From: a bacterium | GTDB lineage: Bacteria; Zhuqueibacterota; Zhuqueibacteria; Residuimicrobiales; Krinioviventaceae | DNA: 64,000 nucleotides | Assembly (NCBI GenBank): GCA_963693055.1 | Contig: OY843751.1 | Span: 1,696,001-1,760,000, forward strand | Reading direction: 5' to 3' | Shown: piece after piece, positions 1 through 9,275 of the stretch | How the letters are laid out: each line of letters starts with the position of its first letter | How positions within the stretch are numbered: the first letter of the stretch is position 1 | Notes under the pieces: model-generated | Told to the model about the DNA's origin: nothing | The model's input: only the letters and a program-made list of their open reading frames with translations | Database searches by the model: none | Translations under genes and position numbers: made by a program

Positions 1-86
1 TTTATTTTCTTGTGATTTTGTTATGATTTGGATATTTTAAAACAGTAGGATTCAGTTTGTTTATCTTGTAAATATATGGAGTCAAG

Positions 87-1511
87 ATGAGTCAGCATCC
101 AGTAAATCGAAGATCTTTTTTGAAATCGGTTGGTGTTCTGGGGGGAGCTCTGGCATTACCTTTTGTTTTTAGTAAATGCGCGAAAAGACAGAAACATAAT
201 GTTTTATTTATTTCCATAGATGATTTAAACGACTGGGTAGGTTGCATGGGCGGGCATCCCGATGTGAAAACGCCAAACCTGGACAGGCTTGCCAAACGTG
301 GAGTAATGTTCAGCAAGGCATATTGTGCTGCTCCGGCTTGTAATCCATCACGTGCTGCTCTGATGACCGGAATCCGGCCTTCAACCTCGGGGGTATATAT
401 AAACTCCCAACCCTGGCGCAAAAGCGAGGTTTTGAAAAATGCTGTAACCATACCCCAGCATTTTATGGCACATGGATACACAGCCAAAGCGAGCGGCAAG
501 ATTTATCATGGAAATTATCCGGACCCGCAATCCTGGCAGGAATACTGGCCGTCCCAGCAGCAAAATAAACCTGATGATCCACTGCCGCCGGCAGACACTC
601 TGCCCATTAACGGTATACCCAATACCCGGCATTTTGATTGGGGTCCATTAGAAAATGCCAGTGATGAAATGGGAGACTGGAAAGTAACAGATTGGGTGAT
701 TGACCAATTACAGCAAAAACATGAAAAACCTTTTTTTATGGGTTGTGGAATCTTTAAACCACATTTGCCCTGGTTTGTGCCCAAGAAATTTTTCCACATG
801 TATCCTTTGGAATCCATTACTTTGCCCGAAGTGAATGATAATGATTTTGATGATATACCAAAAGCGGGTGATGATATAGCGAGACACCATGACCATGATA
901 ATGTATTAAAATATCATCAATGGAAGCAGGCTGTACAAGGATATTTGGCAAGTATCAGTTTTGCGGATGAATGTTTGGGGCGCGTTCTGGATGCTCTGGA
1001 TAACAGCGCGTATCGGGATAATACCATCATTGTTTTATGGTCTGATCATGGGTGGCATTTGGGTGAAAAACTCCATTGGAGGAAATTTGCATTATGGGAA
1101 GAGGCCACTCATAATGTAATGATGTGGGTAGTGCCGGGCATGACATCACCGGGACTGCGATGTGATTCACCGGTGAATCTGTTGGATATTTATCCTACAC
1201 TGATCGAACTTTGTGATTTGGAACCCAAACCCGAGCTTGAAGGAACGAGTTTAATGCCGTTGCTTGAAAATCCCAGTTCTTTGTGGGAAAGGCCTTCGTT
1301 GACGACGCATGGTATGAATAATCATAGTCTTCGCAGCAATCGTTGGCGGTATATACAATATGCGGATGGAAGTGAAGAGTTGTATGACCATGATAATGAT
1401 GAGCTAGAATGGACCAATCTGGCAATGGATGAAAAGTATGATTCCGTAAAACAAGAGCTGAAACAATGGCTGCCTACAACCAATGTTGAGCCCATTGCGA
1501 GTGATCGTTAA
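87..1511 (+). CDS. Tat-exported Cys-type sulfatase (S1 family, iduronate-2-/choline-sulfatase-like)
   Basis: Twin-arginine signal NRRSFLK; SIDDLN metal site; CNPSRAALMTG (CxPxR) formylglycine motif; GKIYH, WSDHGWHLGEK, ELYD. Confidence 0.93.
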   Translation: MSQHPVNRRSFLKSVGVLGGALALPFVFSKCAKRQKHNVLFISIDDLNDWVGCMGGHPDVKTPNLDRLAKRGVMFSKAYCAAPACNPSRAALMTGIRPSTSGVYINSQPWRKSEVLKNAVTIPQHFMAHGYTAKASGKIYHGNYPDPQSWQEYWPSQQQNKPDDPLPPADTLPINGIPNTRHFDWGPLENASDEMGDWKVTDWVIDQLQQKHEKPFFMGCGIFKPHLPWFVPKKFFHMYPLESITLPEVNDNDFDDIPKAGDDIARHHDHDNVLKYHQWKQAVQGYLASISFADECLGRVLDALDNSAYRDNTIIVLWSDHGWHLGEKLHWRKFALWEEATHNVMMWVVPGMTSPGLRCDSPVNLLDIYPTLIELCDLEPKPELEGTSLMPLLENPSSLWERPSLTTHGMNNHSLRSNRWRYIQYADGSEELYDHDNDELEWTNLAMDEKYDSVKQELKQWLPTTNVEPIASDR

Positions 1512-1533
1512 TTTGATTGTTCAGAGGTGTTGA

Positions 1534-2169
1534 TTGAAAAATTCTCTTTTTATTATAGGGCTGTACGTGCTGTCAGGTTTTTCCTGTGTACTGGGACAAG
1601 TTGAGGAACAACCCGATTCGGTTAAAATGCAGATTTTTATCACTTTTTTGCAGGAGCATTTTGACGATATACATGATGTGACCATGTATTATCATCATCA
1701 GGATGTTAACTTGAATGGTCTGATCGTTTTGAATATGGATTGGCAGGGCGGCAGACTGGTTGAAGCAGTGGTTATTGATAATGAAACCGGAAATGATCAG
1801 CTTGCTGAGGATTTGATCTCGGTGTTGAAAACATGGAAAATTGATAATTTAGGTCCGTTACAAACGCAACTTCCTTTAAGAATAAAGATTGTAGGCAAGG
1901 ATGATCCTGAATTCCTGCATACAGGGATTATAACCGGAGAAATTATCGATGCCGCGGGCAATCCGTTAAGCGGAACGAAAATTTCTTTCAAGGGTAAGGC
2001 AGTTGTACCTGATGCCCGGACTAATCGTAAAGGTATATTTGTAAGAACATTGATTCCACCGGGGAAATATGATGTATATTTAAATGTTCAGGATAGCGAA
2101 TCAGTAATGATTAAATCGGTAGACCTGAGTGCCGGTAAACATGAACGAATAAATTATATTTTACAATAA
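1534..2169 (+). CDS. Secreted protein: TonB-C/AgmX-PglI C-terminal-like domain + carboxypeptidase-regulatory-like beta-sandwich
   Basis: Signal peptide; 'LNGLIVL...GRLVEAVVIDNETG...LISVLKTWK' resembles TonB-like C-terminal domains; 'GIITGEIIDAAGNPLSG...TNRKGIF...IPPGKYDV' is a CarboxypepD_reg pattern. Confidence 0.55.
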   Translation: MKNSLFIIGLYVLSGFSCVLGQVEEQPDSVKMQIFITFLQEHFDDIHDVTMYYHHQDVNLNGLIVLNMDWQGGRLVEAVVIDNETGNDQLAEDLISVLKTWKIDNLGPLQTQLPLRIKIVGKDDPEFLHTGIITGEIIDAAGNPLSGTKISFKGKAVVPDARTNRKGIFVRTLIPPGKYDVYLNVQDSESVMIKSVDLSAGKHERINYILQ

Positions 2170-2183
2170 TTCTTTTAAATGAT

Positions 2184-2209
2184 AAAAAAGGGGCAAAAGC
2201 CCCTTTTTT
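2184..2209. terminator. Bidirectional intrinsic terminator
   Basis: AAAAAAGGGGC-AAAA-GCCCCTTTTTT between convergent genes. Confidence 0.8.
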
Positions 2210-3496
2210 ATTTTTAATATATTTTGCAATATTATATCTAGAATACATAAAGATAGATGGATTCTGCTCAAAACAGGACAAATTGTGTATTAATAACTTT
2301 TCGGTTGAACGTATTGCTTTATTTCCGTCTTTGCTGTTTAATTGGCGCAATTTGTACAGATATTCTGCATCCTCAAGGCTGTCCCAGATATTTTCCAAAC
2401 ATAATGTTGTGATTGGTGGAGCGATGAGCGCCTTTTCAGGTTTTTCCCGTTGGGGTGGATACATTAATCGACCATCACCATTGCCCCCATTACCATTCTC
2501 GGGACTAATGGACATTGCCTGTTCTCACGCATTTTGAAGCCAATATGTGAGTTTATAGTATAAAATACCATTGGTTTGGTACTTGTCAGTCATCCAGAGA
2601 CGAATACGATGATTGATGGCGGGATGATCAATGAAATTATTAGGATAAGGCGCCTTGGGACCAGTACATACATACCACCAAACTTTTTCCCCCAGCTCTT
2701 GACGTTCAAGGCTTCGTTCAGGATTAAAATGGTTAAAGATCGGGACCCATAAATTTTTAGTATCATAAAAATACGGGACCGGGCATCTTCATGGTTAAAA
2801 GTGAGTAATCGTCTCATATCAGGACAAGCTTCTTTTAATAATTCAAATCCCGGTAATATTGAAGGATAGGTAGAAAGTGGTGGTTCATCAACCCAATACC
2901 AATAAAGCTAATCAAGCCATCCTTTTTCTTTCAAGTGCTCCTGGATTTGACCATAAATCAGTTAAAACAAACGGTTATATTCCGGAGTGAAGCGTTTATG
3001 ACTGTTTAGTTGTCCCGGCAATTTGTCAAACCTGAAGGAGTTGAAAAGAAATTCGTCAATATAACGTTCCATTGTCGTGTCAAAATCGGTATTTGTTGAT
3101 CTTTATTTGATTCAAGATAACATGCGGCATATCCCACTGCGGGGGCTGTTATGTTGAATATTTTTTGAGGTCAATATAATCATTCTCTTCATTTATAAGG
3201 AACCATTGGCGTGCCTGATTTTTCGGTTCTGTGATTTTTAGTCCTGGTTCGAAAAGTATTCCAGTTTCTCCGCCAGCAGGTTTCAAATAGTCAAAATAAA
3301 AGCCAAGTGTTGTTTCATCGTGCAGGTATTCCGTAACTCCTTCTGCCAATGGATTAGGAAATGGGCCACATAATACCCAATCTTTAATAAACTCGCTACT
3401 GTTAACATTTATAGCCGGAATTTCATTGCTGAACGCAGAGTTGACAATTCCGGCTAGTATAATAATAAAGATTAATATAGCTGGTTTTTTCAGCAT
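2200..3496 (-). pseudogene. Degraded secreted DUF4091/GH123-like glycoside hydrolase gene
   Basis: Manual translation gives signal peptide + DWVLCGPF domain, then ..YWYWVDEP.., ..LWVPIFNHF..VWWYVCTGPKAPYPN..IDHPAINHR.., ..GDGRLMYP..LENIWDSLEDAEYL. It is interrupted by stops (TAA 2962-64, TAG 2908-10, TGA 2525-27), frameshifts and an apparent internal deletion near 3090; the 3' end is approximate. Confidence 0.8.
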
Positions 3497-3575
3497 ATGA
3501 GTAGCTCCGTGAAAATGTTTGTAAAAGGGATTTGTAAATAAATTAATCTGGATTTCTTATAATATCTGAAAAGAT

Positions 3576-3605
3576 GTGAGAACGAGCACATTTACCCGTT
3601 CTCAC
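3576..3605 (-). terminator. Stem-loop just after the 1137-aa gene (terminator or mRNA-stabilising hairpin)
   Basis: GTGAGAACG...CGTTCTCAC inverted repeat; only a weak T-run follows on the minus strand. Confidence 0.45.
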
Positions 3606-3616
3606 CTTAGGTGGAT

Positions 3617-6600
3617 TTATTTTTCAAGTTTTTCCAATAATGTCATGATTTCTTTTCTTGTTGATTGGATCTTTTGCCAGCGAGCATCTTCAACTTTTCT
3701 GAGCACAGACATTCCGTCGTTTGTTGGCTGTGTTCCATCAGCATCCCAACCGCAAAAGGCCGCAATTTCAAAAGTATTTGTGTTTAACAGTTTTTGGGCT
3801 GCCTGTTTTATTTGTGGATCTGCATTTTGAGCATTATTTACTGTTTGTTTAAATAATTGCAGCATACTAAAATCTTCAACTCCATCTCGAATGGCTTCCC
3901 AGCGTTTGCTTGCAACAACACCATCGCCCTGGTATATCAATAAATAGTCATTGCCGCCTACAGGTGTAAACCAGGGATTGTATCGTGATGTACAATAAGA
4001 CCAAAAACCAATTCCGGTTAGATCGTGATGATCTGCTAACCAGGCTTGTGCCCGGTAATAACCCAGAGGAGACTGGTGCTTTGCATTGCCATCACACGCA
4101 TACGTCCAGATGGTTTTATTTGTGGATTTAATAAATGCCAGTTTGTCTGCTCCTATATCAAGAAGATAATCGTTTCGGTTTGGGCACCAGATATCTACAT
4201 AGGGAGCCATTTTTTCTAGATCTTCCATAGAAGCTTTACCCACAGGATCGGTATAAATTTGTACTTGTTCATCAACTTTGCGAATGACTTTGGAATAAGA
4301 GACGAATTTTTCTACCAATCCTTTATGTAAACCGGGCTCATCGATGGGGTAGAGGGCATAGTCTTTATAGTCGATTCCCAGAGTTTTTATGTGATTAAAC
4401 CAGGCTTTTAGCCATTCGGCGTGGGCTTTTTCCCAAACCGGATCAAACGGCTTTGCCGGTCCACTCAATGAGTGCTGGTAATTAAAAAAGAGTATGGTGC
4501 CGTGTGGTGAATGGTTTTTCATATATACATCGTGTTTACTGAAATCGATATTTCCTATTATATTACCGTTTTCATCAAATTTGGCTTTGGGTGAAAAATC
4601 ATTCGTAGCAACAAAAACATTTGTACCATGACTTACTTGATCATCGAGAGCTAACTGCGGCATGTCTTTGAGAATAGAATTATGTACATAACCCCAGTGA
4701 CACAAGTTGAGCTCTTGTTTTACGGGTAATGCAATTTTTGATACATTCACTACAAGATTGGCAACAGCCTCTCTGGATTTTGGTTCCAGTGAACGTATAC
4801 GAATGGCGCTTTTCCAAACTCCGGGATTTAAAGTCGAGGTGTTGACATTAATCCACAATTGACGCAAACCCCATTGCGGAATCAATAAAGTTTGACCCTG
4901 TCCGAGAAGTGGAAGTGCATCACCGGAATTGTCCAACATTTCTGTTGGTACATCAATAACTTGATGCAAAGTCATCACTTTTGAGGCAAGTATGGTACTT
5001 GAATCTTTGGCTGATATAAACCCATCTGGTTCAATTCTTACAAATATGGGTTTATCACTGAAATTTGCAAGGTTAAATGCAGCGGATTCTGTTTCTCCTG
5101 CAAATGCATATACAGAGACATTGGGCGCATCCGTACGGCCTTCAATGATTTCGTCGCTATTGCCAAATGGAGCCCAGGGATTAGCGGCATATACAGCCAA
5201 TGTTGTGCCCGCATCAATTGCGGCCTCTGCCATTTTTAACAGAGCTGTAGCTTCTTTGCGTAGCGTGGCAACCTGCTCTCTTGTTTCAATCCGTTGTAGA
5301 TTGTCAAGTGTTCCGGCTACCTCTGTTTTTTCTTGTAGTACAGAAAAACGAAATTCTAATAATTTAGACTGATCTGCAACAAATTTTGATTTGGATAGTT
5401 GTGGTAATAATGATTTGACATTTGCCAGGATAGATTTAATATCAGAAATGTCTTTAGCATAGGGAATAATATAAAATGCTTTTTCAATCTTAGAAATTAC
5501 ATGCTTGCCTTGTTTTAATTTTGCAATAAATTGAATGTTAACGGCGTTTCGGGCAGTCAAAGAATATAAAAGTTTAAAATCAAAAGTTGAATCTTGAAAA
5601 GTTGCTGTTTGTAAAAGTGTAGAAGAATTGTTTTTAATGATAGCAAGTTCGATTTCAAGTTTTTTCTTTTCGGGATTTTTCATTGTAACTGAAAAATTGT
5701 TTTCCCCGACATACATATTACCATAATCTATTGATGCAATATGTGCAGTTAAAGATTTTGGGGCATGTTGCAGAGTGCCCGTTCGTGCTGAATTACCACG
5801 ATATTCCGAAAATTGAACGAGAGGTGTAAAGTTGGAATTGGATTTGGTCCACGTGAAAGCACTAACATTATTCGTAGTAGGACAAATAACTGTCAAATGC
5901 CCATTGTTTTTAAAATCAACAATGGTGGGGCTGGAATTGCATTTTCCCAAGAGTGGAATATCTTCTTCAAGATCCCCTTCAATAGAATAGACATGCAAAT
6001 GCGCGTTATTCCCTGCAATTAATATTTCAAGTTTAGAGTCATTATTAATATCTGCAATTGTGGGTGAACGTCTGGCTTTTTCGGATATTTTGGCAGTCCA
6101 TTGCAGCTTTCCTTTGGCGTTGATGCAGGCAATGTTTCCCATGAAATCAATTGCAATAATTTCTTTTATTCCATCCAAATCAATATCACCAACGGAGACA
6201 CCATCATGGATGGGATGCTCCATGGCATATTGCCAAATGATTTCTCCCTTATTGTTTAGAACAGTTAAATCCTCGGCACAGCTCGTAATAATTTCAGTTT
6301 TATTGTCATTGTCAAGATCGTAAACCAATGGACTTGTACCAGATGATTTTCCTTTAATATGCCACAGTTCTTTTCCTTTGTTGGAAAAACAAATCAATGG
6401 AAAAGTTGAACTCCCTGCAAGAATTTCATTTTCACCATCTTTATTCAGATCTGCAATGGCGGGGCAGGTATTAAAATTTCCATCAATCTTGATTTGCCAA
6501 AGCTGTTTGCCGAAAGAATCAAGGCAGGTGAGGTGTCCCTTGCTGTCTGCAGCAATGATTTCCAGTTTATTATCATTTAATAGATTCCCCACAGCCAGAC

Positions 6601-7030
6601 TTGTTGTGCCCCAATTGATTATTGCGGGTAAATCAAAATCCCATTTTAGAGTACCGTTTTTTCCATCCAGACAAACCACTTTACCGGGATTTGTAACAAT
6701 CAGTATCTCGGGTTTTTTATCTCCATTCAGATCTGCTACTGTTGATGGATTACTGATCTGGACATTTGTTTCATAGGCCCACATTTTATGTCCAACGGAA
6801 TTAACGGCCATTACCTGTCCGGCAGTAGTGCAGAGAACCAGATCATTAATACCATCACGATCAAGATCAGCAACACCCGGCGATGCATCTACATTACCGT
6901 TTGGTGTTTTTAACTGCCAGACCCTGGTACCTGCAAAACTTGTTGAACAACTAAATACAATACCCAACAGGATGAACATAGAGTACCATAAAAAATTACC
7001 AAAACCTGCACGCTTGAATGCCGTTGTCAT
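3617..7030 (-). CDS. Secreted FG-GAP/PQQ-like beta-propeller fused to a DUF4091/GH123-like glycoside hydrolase domain
   Basis: N-terminal repeats of 'SP.VADL..DG..EI(L/I)...G...C....G...W'; C-terminal YPIDEP, DIWCPN, WTYAC, GIGFWSY, LIYQG..SKRWEAIRDGVEDF. Confidence 0.75.
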   Translation of the reverse strand: MTTAFKRAGFGNFLWYSMFILLGIVFSCSTSFAGTRVWQLKTPNGNVDASPGVADLDRDGINDLVLCTTAGQVMAVNSVGHKMWAYETNVQISNPSTVADLNGDKKPEILIVTNPGKVVCLDGKNGTLKWDFDLPAIINWGTTSLAVGNLLNDNKLEIIAADSKGHLTCLDSFGKQLWQIKIDGNFNTCPAIADLNKDGENEILAGSSTFPLICFSNKGKELWHIKGKSSGTSPLVYDLDNDNKTEIITSCAEDLTVLNNKGEIIWQYAMEHPIHDGVSVGDIDLDGIKEIIAIDFMGNIACINAKGKLQWTAKISEKARRSPTIADINNDSKLEILIAGNNAHLHVYSIEGDLEEDIPLLGKCNSSPTIVDFKNNGHLTVICPTTNNVSAFTWTKSNSNFTPLVQFSEYRGNSARTGTLQHAPKSLTAHIASIDYGNMYVGENNFSVTMKNPEKKKLEIELAIIKNNSSTLLQTATFQDSTFDFKLLYSLTARNAVNIQFIAKLKQGKHVISKIEKAFYIIPYAKDISDIKSILANVKSLLPQLSKSKFVADQSKLLEFRFSVLQEKTEVAGTLDNLQRIETREQVATLRKEATALLKMAEAAIDAGTTLAVYAANPWAPFGNSDEIIEGRTDAPNVSVYAFAGETESAAFNLANFSDKPIFVRIEPDGFISAKDSSTILASKVMTLHQVIDVPTEMLDNSGDALPLLGQGQTLLIPQWGLRQLWINVNTSTLNPGVWKSAIRIRSLEPKSREAVANLVVNVSKIALPVKQELNLCHWGYVHNSILKDMPQLALDDQVSHGTNVFVATNDFSPKAKFDENGNIIGNIDFSKHDVYMKNHSPHGTILFFNYQHSLSGPAKPFDPVWEKAHAEWLKAWFNHIKTLGIDYKDYALYPIDEPGLHKGLVEKFVSYSKVIRKVDEQVQIYTDPVGKASMEDLEKMAPYVDIWCPNRNDYLLDIGADKLAFIKSTNKTIWTYACDGNAKHQSPLGYYRAQAWLADHHDLTGIGFWSYCTSRYNPWFTPVGGNDYLLIYQGDGVVASKRWEAIRDGVEDFSMLQLFKQTVNNAQNADPQIKQAAQKLLNTNTFEIAAFCGWDADGTQPTNDGMSVLRKVEDARWQKIQSTRKEIMTLLEKLEK

Positions 7031-7186
7031 TGATTTCTCCCTAATTTAAAGTGAGGTTGGTGTAACATTATTAAGATAAATTTATGCTAGAAAATGTTTT
7101 TCGACTGGTTAAAACAATATCCTGTATATAGGATGGAAAATAATAAAAATAAGTAATGATTATATTTGGTAATGGATGCATGATTT

Positions 7187-7212
7187 AAAAAAAAGGGGCC
7201 CGAAGGTCCCCA
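7187..7212 (-). terminator. Intrinsic terminator of the metallophosphoesterase gene
   Basis: Minus strand GGGGACC-TTCG-GGCCCC (cUUCGg loop) followed by T8. Confidence 0.8.
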
Positions 7213-7215
7213 TTT

Positions 7216-8118
7216 TTATTCTTTTACAGGTTGATCACCAAATGTTTCATATGACCATGTAAATTCATCATCTTTAATATCAACCATTACATAACCGGGA
7301 GGAAAACCATCTCTGGCACCTTTCCACCATGCTCCGCAAACAGCACCACCCGTGATATAATGAACATCATTGTATATGATTTCTTCTACAACATGTAAAT
7401 GTCCTTGAAGAACAAGTTTCAAGTTGTAACCGTCAAAACATTTAATTACATCGACAGAGTTGTTAACAACTGCACCATTACCCAGGGCACTTGTGGCACC
7501 GTTTTTCATTTGTTGGTAAACCGATGTCAGGGGAATATGTAAGGAAACAACAATGGGTTTTTGTTTGCCAGTTTGCATGAGGTCTTTGCGCAGCCAATCG
7601 ATTTGAAGTGAATCAATGTATCCATAATATTCACGGTCATTAGTAAAGCCTACGGCATCCAGAATAATAAAATGCCATCCTTTATGATCAAATGAGAAAT
7701 AGGTTTTTCCATCTCCCAGTTTGTTTTTAAACATTTCTTTGCCAAACATTGGGTTTTCAGGTTGTATACCACTTTTTTTATATAAGCCAAAATTTTCATG
7801 ATTACCCAGTGTATTGTAAACTGGCATTTGGAATATCGCTGATTTGTCCAAATATAATTGGTATAATTGTTCTGCGCGTTCTTGTGATTGTCCCAATGCG
7901 TCCATTATGAGATCACCACCAGTAATCACAAAGTCGGGATTTAAAGTGTTAACACTGTTTACACATTTTTCAAATCTGGCATCTGCTTGTAACTCGGGTT
8001 GAATATGGATGTCTGTTAGAAATGCAAAACTAAACTCTGTACTCTTTTTATTTGTGCATGAAGATAATGTTAATAGAACAATGAAAAGTGTTATTACCGA
8101 CTTTAGATTTTTGATCAT
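7216..8118 (-). CDS. Calcineurin-like metallophosphoesterase lipoprotein
   Basis: Lipobox-like LSSC; motifs TDIH, GGDLIMD, GNHE, SLH, GHLH. Confidence 0.9.
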   Translation of the reverse strand: MIKNLKSVITLFIVLLTLSSCTNKKSTEFSFAFLTDIHIQPELQADARFEKCVNSVNTLNPDFVITGGDLIMDALGQSQERAEQLYQLYLDKSAIFQMPVYNTLGNHENFGLYKKSGIQPENPMFGKEMFKNKLGDGKTYFSFDHKGWHFIILDAVGFTNDREYYGYIDSLQIDWLRKDLMQTGKQKPIVVSLHIPLTSVYQQMKNGATSALGNGAVVNNSVDVIKCFDGYNLKLVLQGHLHVVEEIIYNDVHYITGGAVCGAWWKGARDGFPPGYVMVDIKDDEFTWSYETFGDQPVKE

Positions 8119-8182
8119 TAGAGATTCCTTTCTTTATTTAAAAGAGTATACGAAAATTAGACATAATTAGCGAATTGTTTTT

Positions 8183-9262
8183 TTAATCGGGTATTAATAT
8201 CTTGACATACGTACCATTTTTATTTCCTAATTGTATTGAACCTCCTAATTGATTGTTGACCAAAAGTGAAACAAGGCGCATTCCCAAAGATTTGCTGTTT
8301 TCTATTTTAAAATTGGCAGGAATACCTACACCATTATCTTGAATAGTAATAATTAACTGATTTTCTGTATTTGAAATGTTAATAAAAATTTCTCCCTTGC
8401 CATTAAAGCTGTCAGGAAAGGCATGCTTGAAAGCATTTGTTATTAATTCGTTTATTATTAATCCTACTGGAATAGCTCTGTTAATATCGAGATTAACTTT
8501 GTTTATATCTGTTCGTATTGATATTTTGTTCATATCAATTGTATATGATTTGATTAAATTGTTAACCAAGTTGGATATGTATATATTGAGATCGATACTG
8601 CTTAGGTCGTCTGATTGATATAACTTTTCATGAACCAACGACATGGAATTGATACGATTATAAGTTTCTTGCAGCATTTCTTTCACTTTAGGATCGTTGA
8701 TTTGATTGGTTTGCAGACTGATCAGGCTTGAAATGATCATGAAATTATTTTTTACACGATGATGTATTTCTTTTAATAATAATTCTTTTTCAGCCAAGAG
8801 TTTTGTTAGTTCTTTTTCAGTTGTTTCTTTTTTTATTAAACTTTTTTCCAGTACCTGATTGAGATGTTCAAGTTTTACAAAATCTTTGTGACGTTCAACT
8901 GCGATTATAATTGAGCGTTCAATTTCTTCGGCCTTGGGGGGTTTGGTTAAAAAGGCGCCTACGCCATATTCACCTGCTTTGTGGATAAATTCAGAAGCAT
9001 CGTGAGCTGTTAGAATAACAATAGGCGTTGATTTAATTTTTTGTATTTCTTTTGCCGCTGTCAGCCCATCCATTTGTGGCATTTGAATATCCATTAGAAC
9101 AACATCAGGAACAAGTGTTTTTACCATTTCAACAGCTTGTAAACCATTTGTTGCAATCCCTACATATTGACAACCAATTTTTTTTATAGATCTTTTTATT
9201 TCCTCACAAACCAGATAATCATCCTCAGCAATTAATATCCTATAATTGTCGTTACTTTGCAT
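8183..9262 (-). CDS. Hybrid REC + HisKA_2/HATPase histidine kinase
   Basis: AEDD..MDIQMP..LTKP receiver; EIHHRVKNN H-box; NELITNAFKHAF, DNGVG, SLGM. Confidence 0.9.
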   Translation of the reverse strand: MQSNDNYRILIAEDDYLVCEEIKRSIKKIGCQYVGIATNGLQAVEMVKTLVPDVVLMDIQMPQMDGLTAAKEIQKIKSTPIVILTAHDASEFIHKAGEYGVGAFLTKPPKAEEIERSIIIAVERHKDFVKLEHLNQVLEKSLIKKETTEKELTKLLAEKELLLKEIHHRVKNNFMIISSLISLQTNQINDPKVKEMLQETYNRINSMSLVHEKLYQSDDLSSIDLNIYISNLVNNLIKSYTIDMNKISIRTDINKVNLDINRAIPVGLIINELITNAFKHAFPDSFNGKGEIFINISNTENQLIITIQDNGVGIPANFKIENSKSLGMRLVSLLVNNQLGGSIQLGNKNGTYVKILIPD

Positions 9263-9275
9263 TCATTAACTCCTG

